A DNA stretch of 64,000 nucleotides from Amoeboaphelidium protococcarum X5 (GCA_023515725.1 JALDTO010000213.1:254264-318263), one strand, 5' to 3'; shown: positions 1 to 13,871, counted from the first letter of the stretch. The notes: generated from the letters alone by a model not told the origin. Numbers and translations: made by a program.

Positions 1-1317
1 AGACTCATCACCTACTCGCTACTAAGACATAATTTACGCAAGCAGCTTCCTCAAGTGATCTTTAGACAAGGCATCGATATCCACCAAATTTTGTGCATTA
101 AAAGTCTAACTCCGTTTATGTTTCATCACTGACTTATTAGAGACGGAACTCTACTTTGTATGCTAACTTTAAAACTACTGTTAGTCAGACTAATAATCAG
201 ATTATAAACCATTTATATCTAACCCATTCTATACTGGAGAACTTCCCTCAAGCTGATGAGAATGGTCACGGCTACTCTAATCAATAGCTTAAAAGTTCAT
301 TTAATAAAGCTAATCTCTCAGTGCAGTGGCAGAGAACTTGAGCGTATTACTAGACAGAGTCCCGCTGCGATTGATCATCAAATCACCAAAATCTTCAGTC
401 TAAATATCCGCTGCAACTGGTGAAGAGTCTAAAGCATCATCGACATCCGGCCTAAATGGCAAATGACTTTAATCTGCAGACTACTCACCCACCTCAATGG
501 GCGGCTACCAGAAATTGAAGTTCATGATACTCTAAGTGGTGGTATTTATAATTCGCTTAATAGAATGAATAGAAGTTGTAGAATCCTCAGCCTTTTCAAC
601 TTGAGGTGTATAATCTGGGGTAAACCTCTCATTAATAAAGGATCCAGATCGAAGAGTTCTGGTGAGACTAGATTAAGACTACTCCATATCCAATCTCTTT
701 TACATACTTCTCTCCATCATCCCCAGATCATAAAGACAAATCTTGGTCATCTAATCCTGATACTCTGTCGTTGTAAGACAATTGCCGCAGAATACTTGCC
801 CACACACTCTGCAATGATGCTTCCGCCTCAGTAAATTGAACGGCAAATGACAACTATAACAATCATTCACATAACTGTCATCAATCCAAAATTACTTTTA
901 ATCATTATCGTACACACCATCATTATTATTCTATCCAACCCCTCCAGAAAGTCTCTTACCAATAATATTCTTAATCGCTTTCTTTGGTCTGACAAGTCTA
1001 TTCCCAGACACTTGATTCACATTTGGTGCTTATTGATTAAAATGCTTTGCAGCGGCTTCAGGTAATTTCTATTAATCGCGAACAACACGTTCCCCTACAT
1101 TAGAACCACTTGAAGAATTCTACTCCACGATGTCTGCATTAGCATATTTATGTTCATTATTAGACTCTAACTGGGAATTCTAAACTGAGAGAGATGACAA
1201 GTTCTTGATAGCTTTGAATATAGAAGTCATGACAGATTTTGCAGCACCAGCATTACTGCTTTACACAGACTGAGTATCATCCTCTCTAAACTCGTCAAAC
1301 GAATAATAATTCTCCAT
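1..1317 (-). CDS. FAB1: 1-phosphatidylinositol-3-phosphate 5-kinase Fab1/PIKfyve, N-terminal part; runs off the left edge
   Basis: With TAR=Gln, open from ATG 1317 (MENYYSFDEF...SIFKAIKNL). FYVE motif FWIDDSYVNDCYSCHLPFNLLRRKHHCRVCGQVFCGNC at ~780-890. SLDHLRKLLAQIM at the window edge matches the segment preceding the Fab1 chaperonin-like domain. Confidence 0.8.
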
Positions 1318-1713
1318 CCAACTCTGAATCTAGACAAGTATAATACCACAGATTAAAATATTTTACAGAGACGACTATACACTGATTGATTATAGCAGTG
1401 AATAAACCGACACTTTTGAGGCGAAACAAACGAGGACCAGAAGCAGAAAGAGTGAAAGAGAGAAGCGAGAAGCGAGAAATCGAGAAAGGCAAGAGACTCT
1501 CTGCAGATTGAAACGATGCGAAACTACTGATAGGGATGAGCACGGGCGACCCAGAAAACGATTGCATTCTAAATAGACACCCTGAAACTTTTATCAGTAT
1601 GAGAGAAAAAGAAAATAATGTTAAGCTTAGCTATTACAATGCAAATTCAATTTTATTAATACGAGTGTCATAGTAATGGAACGCAAAAAACATAAAGTGT
1701 GATGGATGTTAAC

Positions 1714-3129
1714 TCAGCCAAACAACTCTTCAATTGCACGAGCATCTTCCCGCACAAGTTCCAGCCAGCAATCTTCGGTAACGTCCGCTTTTAGACGAGC
1801 ATGAGAAAAGTCGACTAGCGTCACAATACAGGTGTCTGAATCCCAACATATATTTGACCTTCTGATATCGCAGTGCGCAACACCAAGAGTATGCATCTTG
1901 TCTCTTACATCTCGCAAACGCTACAATATACTCTCTTTGTGGCATAGAACGCCTTAATCAGTTATATTCAGTTTGACACCATGATACTCCATCAGTATTC
2001 CGTAAATAAATCCCATCATACAGAACGTCCCTACAACTTTAGTAATGCCATTACCTTGCAGATCTTCCAGTTTCTCCAAGATAATAGCTTCATCTTTGAG
2101 ATAATTGAATGGCAGTTCGTCCAAGTCGTAGCCCCTGCGCACTTTACCGCCATTAACAATCTTGCACACAATCTTGGAGGGAAGATAACGTTCACCCACA
2201 AATAAAACAGATGCAGACTCTCCGCCACCAAAGACACGTCCAAATTCTAATTCAGATGATTTTAAATGCGGAAAATCGTATCCAGCGGTCTTTGTGAAAC
2301 TTTCTAGCATCACTGACACCGTTCTTGAAGGTGATGTAAAGGGAGGCGCGTAAAATACATCATCACCTTTAATTCCGTGATAATAGAATCCAGCTAATGC
2401 GCCCAGTAATGTGAATGATTCCGTCTAAGATCTATACACCGTCTAACTGATTTCAACTTTTGGTACTTCATCTAAACTTCCAGATACTCTTCTGACGAAC
2501 CAAGTCTTCTCATAAGTAGTCAATATACCAAAGCGCAAATTGTTAACAGACATGTATCCATACAGCTACTGAAATCCAAAAAACACTCCACGATCAGACG
2601 GTGAACCCTTTCCTATATAGCAGCGCGTAAGACTGGAATACAAATCATCACATTCCATAAACGCCTACAGCCAAAATGACTTCACTTCAACTACAACTCT
2701 TGGATCAAATTTTGCAGACTATAAAGGCTTATATGAAAATACCAAATCTGGATCTAGAGCAACGCGTTATGGTTGCGCAGGCTCAATTTCACACTGAAAT
2801 CCCATGCTTCCAAATAAAACGTTAAGCGCCTCTTCAATTTTGGACAGTTTCGATTGCAATTTGTTTTCTGAATTAACCTTATTAAACAGCCCACCCGAGA
2901 ATAGATAAGTATAATCTATAGATTATTCAATGCATTTTTCTTTAATATCAGCAATCAGCGTCTAAATCCACTCGTCAAAATTATCCCAGCTAGACAAATC
3001 AAATTCATCCTCACGTGAATTAGAGGCTCTTTAAGGTATGGTCTTGGATGGATCCTCTCCGACTAAAATCTATGGCAATTGAAATCTGAATAGTTCGTCC
3101 ACAGATTTGATTATTATTGCGTTCAACAT
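1714..3129 (-). CDS. PD-(D/E)xK nuclease-like domain + protein kinase, copy 1 (471 aa)
   Basis: Single ORF under TAR=Gln. LDPDLVF...VVVEVK...QLYGYM..NNLRFGILTTYEKTWF, then kinase motifs FGGGESASV, VCK, AHCDIRRSN, LVDFS. Ends TGA. Confidence 0.8.
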
Positions 3130-3817
3130 TTTAATTTACGATTTTATTTACAGTATAGATAAGAAAGCGGCCGTATACTCTGTGAGTATGAATCAACTAC
3201 GCACGCGCTTGCGGTCAAGTTTTGAATGATTGGCGATAACATTTTTGCATTCGTGATGATGTTTCCTCTGCGCCCACCTTGCGCTATCTTAATTTCCATC
3301 GCATGTCTTTTCACAGTATCGAATCGATTCAGCGCTCAGACAAAAGTGGTTAATCAAAAAAAATGCTGAAACGGCTTGGGTTAACACTTTCGTGAAGGCG
3401 AGCCTGTCAGCCTGTAAGAAGTTACCCATTTTATGTCACTTTTCTATAATCAGTCACAGCCTACTTTTTGTTAATATATACGTATCATCCATCTCTCGCT
3501 TTTTAGTTGAAGTACAGTATATGGAACCATCATATTGATGAAGAGTTTGTTCCAACATGCTGTGATTATTCCCGTGGCCCAATGTTTGACTACGTTGTAA
3601 CAACATCACTCCGGAAGCTTAAAACAGAAAGAGGAGAGATCGATTTCTTTCCAAATAGACACCCTAAAAACATTTATCAGTATGAGAGGGAATGAGAAAG
3701 AGAGGGCGCAATGATAAGCATAGCTATTACAATGCAAATTCTATTTTGTTAAAATGAGTCATACTAATGGAACGCAAATAAACATAAAGTGTGATACAAC
3801 TATCGCAAAATGATAAC

Positions 3818-5230
3818 TCAGCCAAACAGCTCTTCAATTGCACGAGCATCTTCCCGCACAAGTTCCAGCCAGCAATCTTCGGTAACGTCCGCTTATAGAC
3901 GTGCATGAGAAAAGTCGATTAGCGTCACAATACTTGAGTCAGAATCCCAACATATATTTGACCTTCTTATATCGCAGTGCGCAACACCAAGTTCATGCAT
4001 TTTATCTCTTACATCATGCAAGCATTACAATATACGCTCTTTGTGGCATAGAACGCCTTGATCAGTTGTATTCAGTTTGACCCCATGATATTCCATCAGT
4101 ATTCCGTAAATAAATCCCATAATACAGAACGTACCTACAACTTTAGTTATGCCATTACCTTGCAGGACTTGCAGTTACTCCAAGATATTAGCCTCCTCTC
4201 GTAGATAATTGAATGGCAGTTCGTTCAAGTCGTAACCCCTGCGCACTTTACTGCCATCAACAATCTTACACACAGTCTTGGAAGGAAGATAATGTCCACC
4301 CACAAATAAAACAGATGCAGACGCTCCTCCACCAAAGACACGTCCAAAGTCCAATTCAGATGATTTTAAATGCGGAAAATCGTATCCTTTAGTCTTTTCA
4401 AAACTTTCTAGCATCACTGACACCGTTCTGCAGGGTGATCTGGAAGGAGACGCGTAAAATACATCATCACCTTTAATTCCGTGATAATAGAATCCAGCTA
4501 ATGCGCCCAGTAATGTGAATGGTTCCGTCTAAGATCTTAATATTGTCTAACTGATTTCAACTTTCGGCGGTTCATCCAAACTTCTAGATAGTCTTTTGAT
4601 AAACCAAGTCTTCTCATAGGTAGTCAATATGCCGTAGCGCAGATTGTTAACAGACATATATCCATATAGCTACTGAAATCCAAAAAACACTCCACGATCA
4701 GACGGTGAATCTGATCCTTCGTTGTAACGCGTAAGACTGGAATACACATCGTCACATTCCATAAACGCCTACAGCCAGAATGACTTCACCTTAGTCACGA
4801 TTCTAGTATTGCGTTACGTAGACTGTAAAGATTTATACGAGAATACCAAGTCTGGATCTAGAGCATCTTCCGAAGGTGAAGCTGAGTCAATATTGCAAGC
4901 ATATTCCATGCTCTCAAATAGAACGATAAGAGCCAATTCAATACCGAAAAGTCTCAACTGCAATTTGTTTTCTGAATTTACCTTATTAAACAGCCCACCC
5001 GATAATGCATAGAAATACTCTATAGATTGTTCATCGCATTGTAATTTAACATCAGCAATCAATGTCTAAATCCACGCATTGAAATTATCCCACCTAGACA
5101 CATCAAATTCAATCTCGCGAGAGTCGGGACTATTAAACGGAATCGTTCTACATGGATCCTCTCCGACTAACATTTCTGGTAATATGAAGCTGAATAGTTC
5201 GTCCACAGACTTAATTATCGCGTTTGGCAT
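3818..5230 (-). CDS. PD-(D/E)xK nuclease-like domain + protein kinase, copy 2 (470 aa; EVK changed to KVK)
   Basis: Paralog of copy 1, ATG 5230 to TGA 3818. The putative catalytic Glu codon is AAG (4790-4792). Confidence 0.8.
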
Positions 5231-5376
5231 ATTACTTTACGGGTTTTACCACGGTTTTTACACAATATCATCAATAGGAGAGTAAGTGACGCGCGTGTGG
5301 ATCTGTCTTGGTTGTGATGTGGAATTGAATGGAGAATATTTTTCTCTCTCATCCTTCTTCTTTATCTCTCGAAACA

Positions 5377-6775
5377 ATGCCATCGTCTCGTGTATTACTG
5401 CCGCTAGAGGAACCCAAGCTTATCAACAGTCACGTGAGACGTGTAATGATATCTATCCCCAAACGCTCACGTCGACATGCTTTAACGGAATTCCTGGCAA
5501 TGAGAGCTTAGTCTCAGCTATTTCAATAAGGACACGTTCATTTTAGGATAGAAGCACTTTGGAGGCAGCCTATTCAAGCAACTGGTGATAGAGAAGCACT
5601 TGTTAATCTCAGAGGATGGAATTGTTATCAATCCGGATTAGAAGCGAGTTTTCAAAATGATATGGTCACTACCAGTGAATCTGAAATTCAAATAGGACTT
5701 CTGAAGTATTATCCACAACAGGATTGGAATTGATAGTATATAAAAGCATTTTCCCGAGGAAGAATAGTTGTGCTAATGGTTAGAGTGCCCTGAAACAGTT
5801 CACCATCTCTGCTTTCAATGTGAAGTATCATTCCCCGCATGGGAGGCCATTTCGCGTATATATAACGCAATATTAGGTTACAGACACACTTTTATGGTCG
5901 CCTCCATCTCGTCAGCACTCTATTCGAAACCTGGCAGAGGCCATTGTCAAATCGGGATGAAATTTTATGCGTTATGCCTCCAGGCAATCTGGTCAACACG
6001 AAACAATATCAGCTTTCACGGTAAGTAATACAACGCCCCGCAAAGTCTCAAACACTTAGAAAGCTTAACATCTGAGCAATTCAACTGGACTGCTTGTTTA
6101 CTAACGGGAAAAGAAAGAAGAACGGTAGTATATGCATCATGATATCACGGTGGGGTCCAAGGAATAATATTTGGTATGAAGGAAAAAATAAATTTGAACC
6201 AAAGTCTCTACAATAGTATATACGCCGATACGAAGCATAATGAGGAGCTTCGTGGCAACAGTACCTAGACTGATCGGTTGAGGATGGTCAATACTAGAGC
6301 GGGTGGGTTCAACTTCCTCCAAGGTCTTGCTGCCAAGCTCTCGACGCGTCTCTTTCCGACGATAAACGACCAAGTATTGCCGGGCGATAAACTGGCAGAG
6401 CAGCTCGCTACACAAAATAAGGTATCTATCTACAGTAGGTACATTAGCAAATCGACTCAGCGCCCAGACAAAGCGTTGAATCACAAAAACGCCCAAACGG
6501 TTTGGGTTAACACTTATAATAGGCATAACAGGCAAGTCTGTGAGCCTGTAGAAGGTTGCTCATTATATATTACATTTCTATCTTAGGCACAGCCTAATTT
6601 TTGTTTGTTTATTTATACGAATCATCTACCTCTCGCTTTTGATTTGAGGTACAGTATATTGATGAAGAGCTTGTTCCAACATGCAGAACGTTCTATCAAC
6701 ATCACTGCGGAGGCTTAAGACAGAAAGAGGAGAGACCGATATCTAATAGACACCCTGAAACATTTATCAGTATGA
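5377..6775 (+). pseudogene. Decayed, unidentified gene divergent from kinase copy 2
   Basis: Open stretches under TAR=Gln (5377-5733, 6176-6775) broken by TGA codons and frame changes. Its 3' part recurs in the copy 1/copy 2 spacer (~3320-3690). Confidence 0.35.
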
Positions 6776-6889
6776 GAGAGAATAAAAACAACGCTTTGTT
6801 GAGCTTAGCTATCACAATGCAAATTCAATTTTATTTTTGTAAGTCATAGTAATGGAACGCAAAAAACATAAAGTGTGATGGATGTTAAC

Positions 6890-8302
6890 TCAGCCAAACA
6901 ACTCTTCAATCGCACGCGTATCTTCTTGCACATGTTCCAGCCAGTAATCTTCGCTCACGTCCGCTTTTAGACGAGCATGAGAAAAGTCGACTAGCGTCAC
7001 AATACAGGTGTCTGAATCCCAACATATATTTGACCTTCTGATATCGCAGTGCGCAACACCAAGAGTATGCATCTTGTCTCTTACATCTCGCAAACGCTAC
7101 AATATACTCTCTTTGTGGCATAGAACGCCTTTATCACTTATATTCAGTTTGACACCATGATACTCCATCAGTATTCCGTAAATAAATCCCATCATACAGA
7201 ACGTCCCTACAACTTTAGTAATGCCATTACCTTGCAGATCTTCCAGTTTCTCCAAGATAATAGCTTCATCTTTGAGATAATTGAATGGAAGTTCGTCCAA
7301 GTCGTAGCCCCTGCGCACTTTACCGCCATTAACAATCTTGCACACAATCTTGGAGGGAAGATAACGTTCACCCACAAATAAAACAGATGCAGACTCTCCG
7401 CCACCAAAGACACGTCCAAATTCTAATTCAGATGATTTTAAATGCGGAAAATCGTATCCAGCGGTCTTTGTGAAACTATCTTACAATGCTGACACCGTTC
7501 TTGAGGGTAATCTGGAAGGAGACGCGTAAAATACATCATCACCTTTAATTCCGTGATAATAGAAGCCAGCTAATGCACCCAGTAATGTGAATGATTCCGT
7601 CTAAGATCTAAATACAGTCTTACTAATTTCAACTTTTGGCGGTTCATTCAAACTTCTAGATACTCTTTTGACGAACCAAGTCTTTTCATACGTAGTCAAC
7701 ATGCCATAGCGCAAATTATTAAAATACAAGTATCCATACAACTACTGGAATCCAAAAAACACTCCACGATCAGACGCTGAATCTGATCCTTCTTTGTAAC
7801 GCGTAAGACTGGAATACAAATCGTCACATTCCATAAACGCCTACAGCCAGAATGGTTTCACTTCAATTACAACTCTTGGATCTGATTTCGCAGACTATGA
7901 AGACTTACATGAAAACACCAAATCTGGATCTAGAGCAACGCGTTATGGTTGTGCATGGTTAATTTTACACGCAAATCCTATGCTTCCAAATAAAAAGATA
8001 AGCGCCTCTTCAATGATGGCCAGACTCAATTGCAATTAATTCTCTGCCTCAACCTCATCAAACAGACCGCCCGCAAATGGATAGTTATAGTCTATAGATT
8101 GTTCATCGCATTGCTATTTGATATCAGCAATCAGTGTCTGAATCCACGCATTGAAATCATCCCACCTAGAAACATTAAATTCAATCTCGCGAGAGTCGGG
8201 ACTATTAAACGGGATCGTTCTACATGGATCCTCTCCGACTAACATTTATGGTAATTAAAAGCTGAATAATTCGTTCACAGACTTGATTATTGCGTTCGGC
8301 AT
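6890..8302 (-). CDS. PD-(D/E)xK nuclease-like domain + protein kinase, copy 3 (470 aa)
   Basis: Paralog, ATG 8302 to TGA 6890. PDLVF...VIEVKPFW intact; kinase half nearly identical to copy 1. Confidence 0.8.
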
Positions 8303-8524
8303 ATTATGTTACGGTTTTACTATAGTTTTTACACCACGCAATATGATCAAAAAGAGAGTTAGTGACGCGCGTGTGGATCTATCTTGGTTGTAATACTTTG
8401 TTATAATGCGATACAAAATGGAAGATTTTCTCTCTCTTCCATTTCTTCCTCTTTTATCTTGAAACAAACCTTTTAATTAGAAATAGTGTAGTAAATCAAG
8501 GAAGCGTAAATCTATAAAATTAAA

Positions 8525-10420
8525 ATGTTGCCATAATTATCATATTTGTTGGGAGTCGTTGGCATATTTATGCTACCGCTGTTCAAGAAGGGAATTTACA
8601 TTGATGAGAATGCTCTTCTGGTTGGCAATGTGGCACTTTAAACTGACCGTGATGAAGTGCTTAGTAAGTTTGTGGAGCACTATGACCATTTGCGATCTAA
8701 GGATTCCTACAATAGAACTCGGTACCTGAAAGCCATCGGTGAGAGGCATGAAGATTATGAATGTTTCCACAGCGCTGATGATAAAGTTTTGAGTATGAGA
8801 ATCCCTGCCAAGCGGAGTGACGGTTCAGAGTCAATTGTCATCAGTGCATCGATTCAGGAAAATGCTTTTGGTGTTTCCGTAGCCTTGGCTCTTATAGAAG
8901 CTTTTCAAGATGCCACGTTTATGCAGAAGAATCTTGTTCTCATATTTTATCAACCTTAACTTGTTAATGATGACAGTTCATAGATTGAGTAAGTTTTACA
9001 GCGATCAAATTCCGTTGGTTCCTACCTGGCTCTGTAGTTTAGCGATTCTTTGGAATACAACATGCTGGATATAGATCATGTAGGTGCGAATGGTTTACTA
9101 CCTAATATGGACATTATGAGTACTCTGCTCACACTTTCGCTATCTCATCTGTACATGCCAGTGAGATTAAATTTGAATGATTAGATGGTTAATTCCATTC
9201 CCAACCACGATACGAAGCTGTACGTTGGTAATATTTTGAAGATGTTTAGTTTTATGAAGCTGTAGTTCAAGTGTGGTATAGGTAATGTTAATGCGGTGAT
9301 GAATTAGCGAAGAGCTGAAGGAGCCACTTTAATTGGTAGTACAGCCGACGGATATTCTTATGGTGTGTACTCGCAGCGCCAAGTCCTTAATCTTGTGGAC
9401 ATGTATTTGCGCAGTATGAATAATCTGCTCGAACGTTTGCATCATTCGTCTAATTTTTACATTATTATCGACGGGAGATGGTACATTCCGATGGGTGTGT
9501 ACATTATTGTCATTGCATTGCTTAGTATTTCGCTATTGCTCTAATCCTGGCGTATCATCAAAAGACTGTTGGATGTTGAGATTCGCCGAAAGTTTGAGCT
9601 AAAGAATTACTGGGTGAACTTTACGGTTCAGTAAGTGGATATGTCGTTTGCTGTGTGGTTTATTAGTTTGAACTTTGCTTTCGGTTACCTTGTTTTTGCT
9701 CTTCCTACTCTATTGAAATGGGTTGGAATGGATTAGAAGGATTCACATTTACTTGCTATAATTACTGGAGCGTTATACTTTCTGACATTATGTGTTGATA
9801 TCATCATTTTATCTCTCAAAAATCACATGGTGTCAAAATGGTCTAAGGTCACTCAGGTTCAGCTAGTTTACTCTGGAGTATGTCTTATCGCCGCTATTGC
9901 GTTCACGTGCACCTCTATAATTAATTTTACTTTTGGCTTTGTGTCTCTGCTGTTATTCGGTTTGGCGTACTTGATTGTTGGTGCACTTATTGGTGGCGGC
10001 TCTGCTTCATCAACTTCAAGTAAAGTTGTTTAAATTACGCCCGCATCAACTGTGCTCAAAGCATTCAGTAAAATTGTGAAACTGTCATCTGTGGCCCCTG
10101 TGATTATCCTACTTACCACTCCAGTGTTATTTATCGTGTTAGACCAACATTATTCAGATTAGAACTTGCAGTCACTGGCTGTGTGGATCGCTTAGCAATA
10201 TTACGAAATTAAACTCGATGTTTTAGATCCATAGTACTTGATGGAGTATGTGAAATCTGTGAACGCTTTACACATGATACGTCCTGCACTCTAACGCCTC
10301 GTTGCAGAGATTGGAGTAATTGTGTCAGCATACGAAAATCATGGAATATGGTTATGGCCCTTATTTACAATGTTGTGGCTACCTCTGTCCTCAATCGCTG
10401 TTTCCCTCTCAGTTTCATGA
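8525..10420 (+). CDS. GAA1: GPI transamidase component Gaa1
   Basis: 631 aa under TAR=Gln. YIDENAL, GANGLLPNMD, RSMNNLLERLHHS motifs and multiple C-terminal hydrophobic segments. Confidence 0.9.
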
Positions 10421-10634
10421 ATTCTTTGTGATTATGAATATTCAGTCAGTTCTAATTTCAAAAGTTGGTGTTCTTCACACTTGCTTGAATTTGTTGCTTC
10501 TTTGTTACATAGCTCAGACGCGCTTTCAGATTTTTTTCTTCTTCTTTTGTCTTTTATCTGTGACTGTTCTACAGTATTAGAGTTCAAGAAATCAATTAAT
10601 AATTGCGTATTATTGTGATTGTTTCAACCATATC

Positions 10635-12617
10635 ATGACTGTGGAAAGTAATGATGATAAAAGTAATAAATATGTGACTACATGCATTCTTCATCGAGCA
10701 AGGTTTTTACCACTGACGAGTGGCAGTAAAGCTACAACTAATGATCGATAGCAGTTCTATATTAAGGCTATTCTGTTGGGTAAATCTATCACATCTCCTA
10801 TTAAATTGGCTGATTATAATGGAATTGCTTAATTTGATTTTGAATTTTAATGGTAGTTGAGTGCTGATAATTATACAACTGTCACATAGAAAGGCGTTGT
10901 GATGAGGTTAGTTTTGATGAAACGTTCGCTGACTACAAAGATGAAGGATGTTCAAGTTGGTTATTTGATTATTAATACTCGCCAATTCCCTGTATCTCAA
11001 TAATGGTTCTAGTTATCTGGTGTTAAAAAGAATATAGCTGTCCCTGAATTACTTGTTACCATTTAATGTCAATTAGAGTAGATTTCTCAGAATATTGATG
11101 GCGAAGTAAAGGCAGATTCAGAGTAGGGAGATGATCCAAAGCCACAAGTTGTATAAGATGAAGAGCTTGAATATAACAAGCTGTAAGATGATTAGATTGA
11201 TAGCCGCGGGGAGGATATCTTATAGAAAAGTCCTGTACCATCCTCTGAAGTGGAGCTTCATCATTATAGAGTTTCGTATTATATCTCTTAGATTTACAAT
11301 AATACTGGTCATGTTGGTCATTTTTACACTTATTATGTGTCCCCATTCTCGTATGAGGCTGTAATGTCTCTTCCCTCAGTAGAGATAAAATAAGCCTAAA
11401 CTGCTATACTGGATGAGAATGTAAAGGCAGAGTCTATGGAGTTCATTTATCCATCGTCTTTAGTTGATGAATATATAAAAAGTATATCTTTGCATGTTTA
11501 TCTGTACACAAGAGATCCATAAGGCTATTAGAAAGATTAATTGATCCAAAATGAGCTATCTGTGGATGGATCTGTGTTGATCTCTCTTTCCTCTATCGTC
11601 AATGCTGGAAGCTCTTGGGAAGTGGACTCTGAAAGTACAACCTTTACTCGGACAGCTAATCAATGGTATGATATCGTGTAAAATGGTAAAGTAGTGGCGT
11701 CATTGAATGCGGTGATTTCTCTCGAAGATTTTGGAATTGTTGATTAGATGTCTCCACACATTGCTGATTTTCAGAATGATGACGGAATTCTCGCTGACAA
11801 TATAGACTATGAAATGCGAAATTCTGCAGTGAATGATGTTGTTGATTAGAGTCGTGATAGATCAAAGGGAGAAGATGATGGATTGTATAATAATCCGATG
11901 GATTTGTACTTTAATGATTTGGAAAAGATCTGGCTTGATGTTTTGTAGCGTCGAAAAGCTATGGATCAACACACTGCGCATTAGTTAGGTGAAATGCTTT
12001 AGACGCTTGAATAATTTACTGATACACTGGAGTTGAAATGTGAAAAGAATTCTCAAGTGGCGAAGAAGGTGGAGTTATTCTAAAAGATGCTGAATGACGA
12101 TCAGGCGTAGAATAGAAACGAGTTTGAATCTGAATTGTAATAGTTGAAGGCTGATTATGTTCATCAGTCAAAGATTAGAGATACCACTTTGAAGCAGGTA
12201 CAAAATGAGTGCCGATTAATTGAGGTGTAAATCAAAGATCTGGAGAAGTTGTTAAAGTAGTTGAACATGGAGATTGCTCAACAGTAGAAGGCTATTAGTT
12301 TGTCAAATGTGCCTCAGTTGCAACAGGAATTGTAGATCAAGCAGGACAACTTGCGTCTATTAATGAAAGAGAAATCTGAATTATAAGCTGAGTTTAAAGC
12401 GCAGCAGCGGCAGTTGGACGAATTATCTTTTCTGGTACATGATAAAGAAAATAGTCTGCAACTGAATTCTGATAAACATATGCGCGTAATGAATGTTCAC
12501 AATCAGTTGGAATTGTTTAGCTAAGATCTATAACGAAGTCTTTCTCTGGTAGAACACGACTTATTTGATGTAGCTGAGCTCAGGAAGGAAGTTGATCGTC
12601 TATTTAAAACATCATGA
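10635..12617 (+). CDS. CEP120: CEP120-like centriolar protein (C2 domains + C-terminal coiled coil)
   Basis: 660 aa. N-terminal C2-like region (FEFQWQL...VGYLIINTR...WFQL). Second region HHYRVSYYISQI...SPF...PSVEI...LHVYLYTRD..KDQLI resembles a CEP120 C2 domain. Q/E/K-rich coiled-coil tail. Confidence 0.65.
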
Positions 12618-12886
12618 TGATTGTATTAATCTGGTTATTAACGTCTATAGGATCTTTCTTTCAATCTATACTATTATTTTAGTAGGCAAACGATTTATCT
12701 CGGCTCTGTTGTGATTTAGGGGCTCATTGTGATGACTTTACCTTTGGGATTACTATCGTAACAGCTCCATTGCCTTAGTTACGCTCAATTGAGATGACGC
12801 CACAACTTCAGCGGCGTTTGTTTCAACTGCAAACAAACTCAATTGTTTTCACTCCTCACTTAACAATCATCATAATTGTAATAACA

Positions 12887-13850
12887 ATGTCCATTGTCGG
12901 CGATATAGGTTGAAATTGTTCACTGCTTAATGATCAAGTATTCTCTGGTTAAGGCAATCGTTTGATTGATGTAAAATCACATACTAGTATCAAATCCACA
13001 CATGCGGTCATTACTGTTTATGGAAGATGTCGTTTTAATATACCTCGACACTAGCAGTAAGAAACCGAACTAATTGGGGATCACGTCAATGACAAAATGA
13101 GATGCGCGTTCGATGTTCGTCTGGTCAATTGCATTGATGAAATGCTTTTGTGTTGGGATGGGTAAATGAACGCGTAGTATGTGCCAAGTGGGAAAATTGG
13201 ACAATACGTTACTAAGTATTGTTCCAAGTCTGATTCTTCTGTTGAAAATCCAGCCTTTGTAGTCGCTAACAATGTTGATACATAGTTACGATAATCATTT
13301 GCTGTGTATTTTCGACAAAGAACAGTTCATACCACATATCTAACGTATATTATGCTTGGCTACGGGACTGATTGTTGCACTCGGGATGTTGTATATATCC
13401 CTCCGTGTTTACAGTCTTACCAGTATGGTATACTGAGGCCGTTACATGTCCTAGAGTAACTTGAGGATGATAGTGATTAAATATATTACTACAGTAAAGT
13501 TGTAAAATATTTAAAAAGGCCACCACAATACCATCACTTATCATACCCTGAGTTCTATAGGCGCGTAATAGTTACCCAACATCAAGATGGACATACAACT
13601 TACCGGGAGAGAAGAAGACCAGTTGCAGTACGCTCGTATTATTTTTCAGTCTCTGCAGGAGAAAAATTTTACGAGTAAGCACTATTGTGGATGATTTCTC
13701 CCATCTATTAGTAAGCTGGCTATCCTGGAAATGACTATCTCTCAAATTTGCATCCAAATAATAGGTTGGCATACATGGAAAATCATACAAATCATGATGT
13801 TGTACGCATTTACGCAAACATTAAAGACTCATTCGAGATTGAAATCAACA
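12887..13850 (+). mobile_element. Decayed Helitron-like Rep (HUH replication initiator) fragment
   Basis: Translates to CRFNIP...VRLVNCIDEMLLCWDGQMNAQYV....QYVTKYCSKSD (Rep YxxKY motif region) and later EKFYEQALL. Interrupted by TGA codons and frameshifts. Confidence 0.65.
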
Positions 13851-13871
13851 TAATATAAAGCAAGTATTAAT

